IMG/VR virus record: IMGVR_UViG_3300031602_000004
Location: 1-53,604 of that record
Source: a virus
Lineage: Duplodnaviria; Caudoviricetes
Strand: one strand, 5' to 3'
Length of the DNA: 53,604 bases
The notes below the pieces were generated by a model that saw only the letters and a program-made list of their open reading frames with translations, did not search any database and was not told the origin of the DNA. A program made the translations under genes and the position numbers. Positions 10,530 to 20,700 of the stretch are shown here, one piece after another (position 1 is the stretch's first letter; each line of letters starts with the position of its first letter).

Positions 10530-12095
10530 TTATAACATTTCTATATCAGCTCCCGCTGCAATTAGTTTAGCTAACATTGCTGAATCAACATTTGCTGTTT
10601 CTCCTCCATCTTTACTCATATATAAACCTGTAGTTCTATCTGCTTCACTACCTATTAATCCAGAATTAATATCTGTTGTACCTCTTTTATTAAAAGGATC
10701 TGTTTTAGTACCATATATATTATCAGCTAGTGCAAACGTATTATAATTATCTGTCTTAGCTGCATCTATTTCTTTATCTTTCATGAAATCATTAAATACA
10801 CCTGCACCTTCTACTAAAAAATTAGATGTAGCACCATATGCATTTGCAACATTACTATCTAAAGTTCTATCTATAAATCCTCCAAGACCTCCAAAATCTG
10901 CATCAACTTCTGGCATTTTAATTTTAGACCATAAATCATTTGCTGAAGGATTAGCTAAATCATATTCAGCATTAGCTTCATCCATTCTCATTTGATCATT
11001 AAGAGCTATTGTTTGTTCAGCTTCTGAATTTCCTGGTCTTTGCTCAAATGGTATTGGATTACCTTGACCTTCAGCTGGATTAGTACCGTCACTATATTGA
11101 TAGTAGAAAGGTTCTTCTTCAAAATCAAACTCTCCATTTTGTGCTATAGGAAGATCACCTCCATATTTAAAACCTAATTTTTTTCTTAATGACTCATATG
11201 TTTCCTTTGCAGCTCCAGTTAAAGCAGATCCTTTCTCTGTCATCCAATCTTGCATATTGTTACCAGCTTGTGTAATTGGAGGTAGAGTTATATCAGTGGG
11301 CATATCTTCAATAATTTGACCTAACTCATTTTCTTCAGGATTCTCTTTCATCCATTGATTATACCAATTATTCATGTTGCCTATATTTTCATCACCAACA
11401 TCCATAGTTACAGTATAATCTGCATTAGCATATTTATCAATTTTATTATTTACTGCTTTAGTCTTCCAATCTCTAAATGCACCATCCTTCTCACCATCAT
11501 TATTTGAATCCTTACCACTAAAAAGACTATTATAACCACCAGCTAATGTATTAGCTGCTTTACCCAAACTAAAATTATCACCCGTCATAAAAGCTGTGGG
11601 ATTTACAAATAGTGGTGAAGGAGTTATCATACCTTCATTACCTTGTTTAATGTTTGGATTATTAGTTGCTGTACTATAACTTATTTCATCTCCTTCTTTA
11701 GCTAATTCAATAGGATCAACATTCATCATTGCAGGTTGATTTTCTTGAATTGATTGATCTCTAGCTAATTGCTGAGGATTATTATTAATTTGTTGATTAG
11801 ATGGAGCTTTTGGTTGAGATAACTCTTCTACATTTTTAAATAGAATAGTCAACTCTTGTTCAACATATCCCATACTCATTAATGCTTGAGCAATAGTATT
11901 TTGATCAACTTCTTGTTGCATTAAACTAATAACAACTTCTTCTGGTTTTTTACCTTCTCCAATTGAAGAAGTAAAGAACTCAGAAATCTGTTGAATGGCA
12001 GGATCAACTTGTTGTTGTTGTTGAGGTTGCATCATAGATGGCATCATTCCTCCTCCTGCTTGTTTTACACTTTTTTTGTTTAGATTCACTTTCAT
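10530..12095 (-). CDS. Putative internal virion/cargo protein (521 aa)
   Basis: Gln/Met-rich N-terminus, KYGGDLPIAQNG motif shared with neighbours, no Cys. Confidence 0.55.
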   Translation of the reverse strand: MKVNLNKKSVKQAGGGMMPSMMQPQQQQQVDPAIQQISEFFTSSIGEGKKPEEVVISLMQQEVDQNTIAQALMSMGYVEQELTILFKNVEELSQPKAPSNQQINNNPQQLARDQSIQENQPAMMNVDPIELAKEGDEISYSTATNNPNIKQGNEGMITPSPLFVNPTAFMTGDNFSLGKAANTLAGGYNSLFSGKDSNNDGEKDGAFRDWKTKAVNNKIDKYANADYTVTMDVGDENIGNMNNWYNQWMKENPEENELGQIIEDMPTDITLPPITQAGNNMQDWMTEKGSALTGAAKETYESLRKKLGFKYGGDLPIAQNGEFDFEEEPFYYQYSDGTNPAEGQGNPIPFEQRPGNSEAEQTIALNDQMRMDEANAEYDLANPSANDLWSKIKMPEVDADFGGLGGFIDRTLDSNVANAYGATSNFLVEGAGVFNDFMKDKEIDAAKTDNYNTFALADNIYGTKTDPFNKRGTTDINSGLIGSEADRTTGLYMSKDGGETANVDSAMLAKLIAAGADIEML

Positions 12096-12098
12096 TAT

Positions 12099-12119
12099 AT
12101 TATATTATTAATATACAAA
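12099..12119 (-). promoter_or_regulatory. Candidate phage late-promoter motif copy (TTTGTATATTA-ATAA-TATAAT)
   Basis: Intergenic; matches the motif repeated upstream of five other structural genes. Confidence 0.45.
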
Positions 12120-12149
12120 TAATTAAGGAGATTCACTAATCTTTAGGGT

Positions 12150-15100
12150 TTAAGAATCCCCCATTAGGTTAGTCATTATATAATTAGCAGGAGACATCCC
12201 TGCTTCTTTTGCTTCTCTATAATGCACTCTATTTAATTTATCATATATGCCTTCTGCATATTTTTCTTTATCTGTATTACTATATTTACCCATTATATAA
12301 TCTTGAAAAACATTATATTCTCCACCTTCTTTTTTATAAAATTGTCTTATAATTTTTAAATATTCTTGAGGTGTTTTATTTTCAACAGGATTTCCATTTT
12401 TATCCTTTGCTCTACCAGAACCATACATATTTGGTATTGCTTCTTCTAAAGATTTACCATCTCTTATTACATCACCAAAAAACCTTCTAGTACCCTTTCT
12501 ACCTAAAAAATTAGATAAACCAATTATGTCTTCATATGAATAATTAAAATCTTCAATTTGAGGTGCATATTCATTTGTAAGATCCCATGCATCTCTAAGT
12601 AATGGAGTTGTTTTATTTGATTTAAGGCCTTCCTTTAATCTTGATTCAAACAATTTATTTTGAGCATCAAGATCTTTTGAAAACTCTTCTCTTGTACCAT
12701 CATATAATTTACCTTTTTTTATCTCAGAAAATCTTTGACCATATAAACCTGTAGCTGTAGATTGTTCGTTTAACATTAAAACTCCACCTACACTTTCTGC
12801 TTGTGAAATACCATCCTTCAATCCATCAAGATTAATAAAATCTATAGTTTCTTGCCAAGTTTCAGGAGCTTTATATTCATTAGTTTCTTCTATATAATTT
12901 CCCACAGGCCCTAATGTTGATTTTACATTATAGCCTTCTTGTCTAGGAAAAAGTGATCCAGCATCCCATCCTAAACCATCTTGTGCTTTAGGAAGAGATA
13001 CTTCACCACCTTGTTTATATTCCATCTTCAATGTTAAGTTAGGCATAGTTACTTTATAATTTAAAGATGCTGCACTTTCACCACGTACATGAGGAGTCAT
13101 TCTATTAGCTGCTGCTCCTTTTGATGTTTTAACACCAGCATCATCTAACATTTTATTTATTTTTTTAATAGTAGCTTCTGCATCAGTCTTGCTCATCCAT
13201 CCACCAGAATTAGTACTTATTCTGGATGCGTCTTTTGATAACATATTTAGATCCATTCTAGAATTTGGTGTATAACTTCTAGAAGAAATATTATCCACAA
13301 CAGAAAAGTCTCCTCTTTTAACTCTGTTTAACATAAGTTTATAACTATCCAAACTTAAAGATGTCTTACTACTAATAGTACTACCTTTTGGCATAAATTC
13401 AGTTAAGTATTTCATAGTTTGTCCAGCATCCATTGGGTTAGTCATAGACATATCTATATAATAAGCATTTGGAACATCTAATCTTGTCATCATCTGCATT
13501 CCACTTTCTGTATCTCCAATCTTATTTACTTGGACCATGAAGTCTTGTGTTCCTTCACCTGTTACTGAAATATCAAGTTGACCATTCCTTAATGGTAGTT
13601 TTCCATGTCTTGTTGGAACACTAGAATTTGGTACATTAAGTAAACCATTAGAATTAAATTTTGATGATTCTGAATATTTTTGTGGTGCATCTAGTAAATC
13701 ATCAAATGAAGTTTTGATTTGTTTATATTTATTCAAAGTTGTACCTCTAGGTGCAGGAGTTGATTTGAATGCGTTCTTAATTGGATTAATGATTTTATTC
13801 TTAACCCCTTTAACTAATGGTCCTGCAGTGAATGGTAATATTCCAAAGCCTGCATATAAAGCTGCATCAGTATATTCTCCTTCTTCTAATTTAGTTCCAG
13901 CATGTAAAAAGTCTGGAATAGGATTTAAAGTAGCAGCAGCATCTAATGCAAAATCTTTTCCTTCATCTGCCTCATATCCAAAGTAATCTCCAATAGTTGC
14001 CATGATATGTTCTCCATCCTGTCTTAACCCTTTAGCACCTGTAAATTTTCCTGCTCTTGTTTTTTCAAAATCACTCCACCAACCATCTTGAGCTTTAGGT
14101 AATGAACCTCCATATTTTAAGTTAGGATAAAGTCTATGTTTAAGATCATCTTGACCATATTCTTTAGTTCCTCGTTCTAATACATCTCCGTATTTTTCTA
14201 AGTACTCTGCTTGACTACCTTCAAATACCACACTCCCTGAAGGATTTTTTAATCTAATTAAAGCTAAACCGTCATCTCCTTTTGGATAAGTATTAGTGCC
14301 TATTCCAACTTGTTCTATAGTAAAGTATTCTGAATCTTTTAATTCATATGGAAGTGATGTCATTAATCCTAGCTCAGTATTAATAGGAAGAAATTCAACA
14401 TTCTTCATAGGAAGAGATGTTGGTGTATACTTTTTTCTAGCTGGCTCCTTTAAGTCTGGAGCCTTATCACCTCTAATTTCTACGTAATAATCTGATGTAT
14501 TGCCATCATTACCATAAGTATATTTGGTGTAGCTACCTTCAGCATCAGAACCCTCTTCCTTAGACTTGAAAGTTAGTCCGTAAGATTCTGCAAATATTTT
14601 ACCTGAGATGTCTTGTGCCATATCTTCATACGTTTGCTTTCTAGGTTTTTGCATTCCTTCTACCCCGTCCACCCAAGTACCATATACAGGGTCACCATAC
14701 TCATCCTCCCATTCACTTTCTTTTGTGCCTTTCTCGTCTTTAACCCAACTACCATATATATTTTTACCTGCTTCATTTTTATATGCGTAAGGGGCTTCAT
14801 TACTCCAAACCATTCCATCTTTTTTTGTACCATGTTCCCTCATTATATCTGCCCACTCCTCCTTAGTATATTTAGCGTTATCATAAACATTAGGATTATT
14901 CTTATAATCTGTCACATATCCATCTTGAGCTTTTGGTAGCTCAATACCATATTGCCCTACATTCATGGGAACAACACCTTCTGGTTGTCCAGTAATCTTA
15001 TTGTTACTCCCTTCACTTATCCAGTTGCTTATACCCTCATATGCTTTTTCTCCAAAATCATATATGCTTTTTGCATCTACAATATTACCTACTGCACCAA

Positions 15101-17795
15101 TAACCGGTGCCTGTCCCTGATTTGTTCTTTGTGCATTATTATACATGTTCTCACTAAATGCATGATTGGCTTTTGTAAACCAACTTTGATCTTCATAAGC
15201 ACCATCCTTGTTTTCTATACTATGTATACTAGCAGTCTCCATTTGGTTCTGATTACCTTGCAAGTCTCCCCCAAACTTAGCTAAGTTAGATGGCATTAAT
15301 TCATCATCCATAGCTACTTCATTCATAAACTTTATAAGATTAGGAGCTATTTTATTATTTAAGTCAGTATTGGTTTTTATATCATCAGCTTTTTTTAAAT
15401 CTGCATCAATAATAAACTGTCTATTCTTTTCATCTATGTACTTTTGTGTTGATTTTTTCTTATCTTTATAGAAGTTTTTGATACTACCTAAACCTTCATT
15501 CATCATTATCATTTGTGCCTTATAATCTTGAAGCTCTTCTCTTGTAGTTAATTTATCTGATGTATTTGGGTTGTTATAGTATGCTACATATGCATCTCTT
15601 TGACTCTTAGGTAGATTCATAATAGCTTGAGTATATAAATCATTTTGCCAAATACCATTATCTACAGAAGTTTTATAATTTCTTTGATTTTCCTCCCAAT
15701 CAGCTTTTCCATTAGGATTCTGAAATTCCCATCCAGATTTATCTGCAAACTCATTTCTAGGCATAAACGTTGGATCCTTTAGATAAGATTCTGCATTTTG
15801 TTTATTAAAATCTAACCTATTTGGTATATAACCAGGTGAGAATGAATACTGTGTACCCTGCTCTTTCCAGTCTTTTATATTTTCATTACCACCATGTTCA
15901 CTCATTAAATTATTAATTCTATCAATCTCTCTACGAAAGGTACCTCTTATGTGAGTATAATCAGGAGTTCCGTTTTCATTATCTACAACATTATTTTTAG
16001 TCTTATAATCAGCAACATCCCGAGAGTTTTCAGCATCTCTCCATCCTTGATTCTTCATTTCATCCCAAGAATTATAATCAGTTCCATAAGCTTTATTAAA
16101 CTTCTTGATGGCTTTCTTTTTATTCATGTTACCCTTAAAGTCTTTGAGCCATCCATGTGATCCAAAAAGCCCTTCTTCTTGTGGTCTTAAATCCTCTGAC
16201 TCCTCTCTTAATGTAGTTTTAGTATCATAAATAGTTTTATACTTCTCAAGTAATCCTTCAATCTGCACATCTTGTTCTTCAGTATAATAACCATTTCCAT
16301 TAGGTGTAAATCCAAACTCCTCTAATGCTATAGCGTCTAATGAACTTGAATCATCACCCTTATCTATATATTTCTTTATAGAACTATAATCTGAACGTGC
16401 CTCAGAGTAGTCATTTGAAATAAGCTGATGTTTATCAGCCCAATCATTCCATTTTTTACTACCTCTATTATCATATACACTCCTGTTTAAATTTTCATAA
16501 GTTGTTGGATTAACACTACGCATATCTTCTTCTTTCCCATAGTAACTCATATCTTTAACTCCTGATTCTCCAAGGAATCTATCAAACTGACTATTTACAT
16601 ATGGTGTATAAGAAGTCATACCATTAACCAATTCTCCAGGTTTAGGAACTGTATTATCTAGTAACTCATTAATACCAAGTCCTTTTGTTAGGTAATCAAA
16701 ACCTTTACCAAACTCAATGCCTGAAGTCTTTAATGCATCAACATGATCTTGAGTAAATTCTCCGTCTGATGGATTCCATATACCTGCATTTTGCAGAGCT
16801 TGTTCTAGCTGGGCCTTCTGTGATTTTATTTCAAAGGGTTGTGTAGCATACTGTTGAAATTCTGTTCTTTCTTTTATTTCTTCTGGTGTCAATGCTTCAG
16901 TGGTAGTATACTCCACCCCATCTATAGTAGTAGACTCCCCTGGAGTTCCCACTGAAGTAAAATCAGGATTAAATGTAGAACCTGATGGAGCATTATCAAA
17001 AAATGAGTTGTGATATATTTTTGATTCATCATATAAAGGACTTGTATCACTACTTGATAATGGTGAACCATCTAAAGAATTCAATCTATGATTTACTTCA
17101 TGTTGTGATACACTTTCTTCTAGTGATGTACCTGTTGCATAAGGATCCTTTTGGGATACATTACGTGCAATATAAATATTACCAGTTGTAGCATTATTCC
17201 AATCATATCCTGAAGTACGTGGATTTACCTGATTACCATCAGCATCAATTTGACCTGCACCAGAGAACATAAACCCAGCTGCATTACCATCAGGTACATT
17301 TTGAGTATAGAATCCTGTGTTACCATCATTAGCTCCTTTTGTTAATTGAACATTTAACTTAGAAACCATTTCATCTAATTCAACTTCAGATAACTCTACA
17401 CCATGAGCATTTGAATACTCCTTTCTTAATCTTTCTCTATATGTTGCAGAATTAATTTTTTCTTTATTTAATTCATTAATGGATGTAAGATCTTTTTCTT
17501 CAAGGTGGGCAGGTAACTCATCACCAGTTTGAGCCATGGGTATTTCATAAACAGTATCTCCTGGGAATTGATAATTATAACCTGGTGTCATCATTTCTGA
17601 ATTACCAAGATTGTCTGTACCTAATACAGGAAAATCTACATCTTTCATTGTAATACTTCCTGACTCAATGATATTAACTGGATTGTTTATATCTTTACTA
17701 TAGTTACTATATCCTTCTATAGATACAAATTCTGATATATCAGTTATGTATTCATTTGGTCCTCCTGGTAATCCTATACTTTTTTTATGTCCCAT
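12150..17795 (-). CDS. Modular polyvalent virion protein (1881 aa): zincin metallopeptidase motif, pre-toxin-TG-like segment, lysozyme/lytic transglycosylase-like domain
   Basis: HEVNH at 17088-17102 with a downstream PFE glutamate; 'LDAAATLNPIPDF...EEGEYTDAALYAGFGILPFTAGPLVKGVK'; 'ISQAESVGG..LNEQSTATGLYG...EEFSKDLDAQ...NFLGRKG'; modules separated by LPKAQDG motifs. Confidence 0.65.
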   Translation of the reverse strand: MGHKKSIGLPGGPNEYITDISEFVSIEGYSNYSKDINNPVNIIESGSITMKDVDFPVLGTDNLGNSEMMTPGYNYQFPGDTVYEIPMAQTGDELPAHLEEKDLTSINELNKEKINSATYRERLRKEYSNAHGVELSEVELDEMVSKLNVQLTKGANDGNTGFYTQNVPDGNAAGFMFSGAGQIDADGNQVNPRTSGYDWNNATTGNIYIARNVSQKDPYATGTSLEESVSQHEVNHRLNSLDGSPLSSSDTSPLYDESKIYHNSFFDNAPSGSTFNPDFTSVGTPGESTTIDGVEYTTTEALTPEEIKERTEFQQYATQPFEIKSQKAQLEQALQNAGIWNPSDGEFTQDHVDALKTSGIEFGKGFDYLTKGLGINELLDNTVPKPGELVNGMTSYTPYVNSQFDRFLGESGVKDMSYYGKEEDMRSVNPTTYENLNRSVYDNRGSKKWNDWADKHQLISNDYSEARSDYSSIKKYIDKGDDSSSLDAIALEEFGFTPNGNGYYTEEQDVQIEGLLEKYKTIYDTKTTLREESEDLRPQEEGLFGSHGWLKDFKGNMNKKKAIKKFNKAYGTDYNSWDEMKNQGWRDAENSRDVADYKTKNNVVDNENGTPDYTHIRGTFRREIDRINNLMSEHGGNENIKDWKEQGTQYSFSPGYIPNRLDFNKQNAESYLKDPTFMPRNEFADKSGWEFQNPNGKADWEENQRNYKTSVDNGIWQNDLYTQAIMNLPKSQRDAYVAYYNNPNTSDKLTTREELQDYKAQMIMMNEGLGSIKNFYKDKKKSTQKYIDEKNRQFIIDADLKKADDIKTNTDLNNKIAPNLIKFMNEVAMDDELMPSNLAKFGGDLQGNQNQMETASIHSIENKDGAYEDQSWFTKANHAFSENMYNNAQRTNQGQAPVIGAVGNIVDAKSIYDFGEKAYEGISNWISEGSNNKITGQPEGVVPMNVGQYGIELPKAQDGYVTDYKNNPNVYDNAKYTKEEWADIMREHGTKKDGMVWSNEAPYAYKNEAGKNIYGSWVKDEKGTKESEWEDEYGDPVYGTWVDGVEGMQKPRKQTYEDMAQDISGKIFAESYGLTFKSKEEGSDAEGSYTKYTYGNDGNTSDYYVEIRGDKAPDLKEPARKKYTPTSLPMKNVEFLPINTELGLMTSLPYELKDSEYFTIEQVGIGTNTYPKGDDGLALIRLKNPSGSVVFEGSQAEYLEKYGDVLERGTKEYGQDDLKHRLYPNLKYGGSLPKAQDGWWSDFEKTRAGKFTGAKGLRQDGEHIMATIGDYFGYEADEGKDFALDAAATLNPIPDFLHAGTKLEEGEYTDAALYAGFGILPFTAGPLVKGVKNKIINPIKNAFKSTPAPRGTTLNKYKQIKTSFDDLLDAPQKYSESSKFNSNGLLNVPNSSVPTRHGKLPLRNGQLDISVTGEGTQDFMVQVNKIGDTESGMQMMTRLDVPNAYYIDMSMTNPMDAGQTMKYLTEFMPKGSTISSKTSLSLDSYKLMLNRVKRGDFSVVDNISSRSYTPNSRMDLNMLSKDASRISTNSGGWMSKTDAEATIKKINKMLDDAGVKTSKGAAANRMTPHVRGESAASLNYKVTMPNLTLKMEYKQGGEVSLPKAQDGLGWDAGSLFPRQEGYNVKSTLGPVGNYIEETNEYKAPETWQETIDFINLDGLKDGISQAESVGGVLMLNEQSTATGLYGQRFSEIKKGKLYDGTREEFSKDLDAQNKLFESRLKEGLKSNKTTPLLRDAWDLTNEYAPQIEDFNYSYEDIIGLSNFLGRKGTRRFFGDVIRDGKSLEEAIPNMYGSGRAKDKNGNPVENKTPQEYLKIIRQFYKKEGGEYNVFQDYIMGKYSNTDKEKYAEGIYDKLNRVHYREAKEAGMSPANYIMTNLMGDS

Positions 17796-20700
17796 TATCT
17801 CATTGATAGTTGTAATTTAGTATTATTAAGTCTTAATAACATTTTTCTATTTCCTGACACATTTCTTCTTAATATAACTTGATTAGAATAATGTCTAAAC
17901 TTTTTACGTTGTGTAGCTATTTTATTATAATTTAAATTTATAGAATTAAGAGGTCTAACATAACCATTACAAGCAGTATTAAATGTAGATTGTTCAGCAT
18001 TTGAGAATTCACCTCTATCATTTGTAATATCCCAAAATTGATTAAATCTAAATTTATGTTCAACTTTAGATGCTAATATATTAATGTTGTTTATTCCTAT
18101 TATTGGATACGTTAAATTACCCCATGGATTATTAACAGGTTGCTGATTTAATACTAATAACCCTGATGTCTGATCATTATTATATACAATAGCAGTATCA
18201 AAATTAAAGTTTAAATCTTCCCATTTGTCTCCTCCACACATATTATATTCTGGCTCTCCTTTGTATACATATGTTTCTAGTTGATATTCAAAACTCCTAA
18301 CTGTATTTACAGCTTGTCCTGTATTAGATATTATATCAATTTCCCATGGATAATCATCTCCATAATAATTTACAAAACTATCACATCTAACATTATGTCT
18401 ATAAAATGAACATACATTATAACTTGCAGGTGTAGATATTTGATTTGTACTATTACCTATTTCACACATTCCATTTCCAGAATTAAATACATATCCAGGA
18501 GGACATTGTGGTATAGTAGTGGTTGATGTTTTAGTTGTAAAGAAATGATTTATACTAGGTAATGCTAATTCAGGATGCCAGTCATGAAAAGATATCCATG
18601 CTTTAGATTTAGGATCATAACTAATAGTCCATGAACAATCATCAAAATATATTGGATCTCCAATATCAACGTTAATTGTTGTTCCACCATTGGTCATTTC
18701 TATACTTATAGGTTTAACATTTGCATCACTAAATGTTGCATCACCTATATATTCAGACTTTAGTTTATAATCTTTTTTCATAAAGTATACAATGTCATCT
18801 ACAGAATCATACATAACTTGACACCCTACACCTGCTATAGGATTATCTGATAAAACAGAATTTTCCAATAAAGGAAATTGTTTTATTAAAGAAGATGGTA
18901 AGTATTTAGCAAACCACCATTTCATTCCATTATTAGATATAGGATCTAACCCTTTACCACCATATTGAAATATTTTACCTTGTGCTTGTGAAATAAAGAA
19001 TATTCCTGCTGGAGTATTTATTACACCTTTTAAACTTTCACATGAACCATACTCTGTAGATATATCTGCATTAGCTACATTTTGAAATGGTTGACTAAAT
19101 AATCCTCCATCTCCAATTGTTAATTTAGTATCTAAAGTAGTCTTTAATGTATCTAAACCTTGAAACATTTGTGGAGATAAGTATGGAAAAAATACTAATG
19201 CTCCACTTTTATTAATTGGTTTTATAACACTTACTGCATTTTTAAAATCTTTATAATTATATTGAAGAAAAACTTTCCAGTAATCTTTTTTAGATTCTTT
19301 CTGAGCTTGTAATGAATATATTAATCTTTTAGGATAACTCACATAACATTCTGCTGATATATAAGGATCATAGTTTCTAGGTTGCATATTACCAAAGCTG
19401 ACCATTTGTGTAGGAAATTTCCCAGGGCTTAATGACTCATCATATTTATAAAAATTATCATCCTTTTCTATTGCTGCATGGAATAATTCATCAATATCAT
19501 TGTTATCATATGTACTATAGATTTTCTTTTTTGGTTCATCTTCCCAATCTCTTTGAGTTAAGTTGATTTCTGATTCTACAAAAAAGTCAAGAACTCCATT
19601 ACTATGTGAATAACTATATGCAAACTCCATTGCAAAAGGAGGATTTGGATCACTTGAATTTCCAAACATAGTTGCTATACCACTACTACAAGAATCATTA
19701 CCTCTATCTAAATAAAAATTATCAGATGGATATATTGAATCCCAATCACTTGAACCAAATACACCAAAACCAGTTATTGAATCAGCTAAAGGCCCCATAT
19801 CAAATCTTTGTGAATTCAACCAAAATCTTGGATATGGTATATTTACATACATGGAATAATCAAAAGTAAAACCATTAGGTTCTCCCATTAAATAATTAGT
19901 AAATATAGGCATTATTGTTTTTTCTGTATATCTACCTATAAAAGTATCTCCAGCAAAAATTGCTTCACTATTATACATGGTTGCTGCTGGTGGTGGTGGT
20001 GTTGTTGGATCAACATTTAATAGTTGAACACACCCTCTCATTTGAATTTGTTTTATACCATCTAGTTGACCATATTGGTTATCAAAATTAAATTTTAATG
20101 CTCCATAATATGCGGAAATATCTCTCTTTCTTGAATTATTGGGATTAAGTAAATCATTATCAGTAAAAGTATTTGCACTTCCACTAGCATTTACATCACC
20201 TCCAACAACAAATCTTGATTTATCTACAACATCTGGTACATCAATTGCGTCTTTTAATTCAATAGCAACTGTTGATGGTCTAAATAAATTATTTATTTTA
20301 TACTGCCCATTACCAAATGTTTGAAAAGAAGAACCTAAATAATTTGAATCTTCATTTTTTATTCTCCATAAACCATTTGTATTATTTGAATAATTATTAA
20401 AAATACCTTCTGAATTATATTTATATACAAAAGAACTTTCATTAACCATAGAATAGAATGCATCTATTATTTCATTACCTCCTATAACTATCATAGTCTT
20501 AGATGATTGGTATCCTACAAGTGCTCTTACTAAAATAGGTAAAGCAGAAATAGAACTATCTTCAGTAACACCTTTATCTTGTGTACCCCCTATCATTCCT
20601 GGAATAATAGCTGTACCAGATTGACCAAGTATATCAGCTGTTTGTATACCATACGTAAAAGCACCACCAGTCCATAAATCTAAAACAGCAGCAGTAGATT

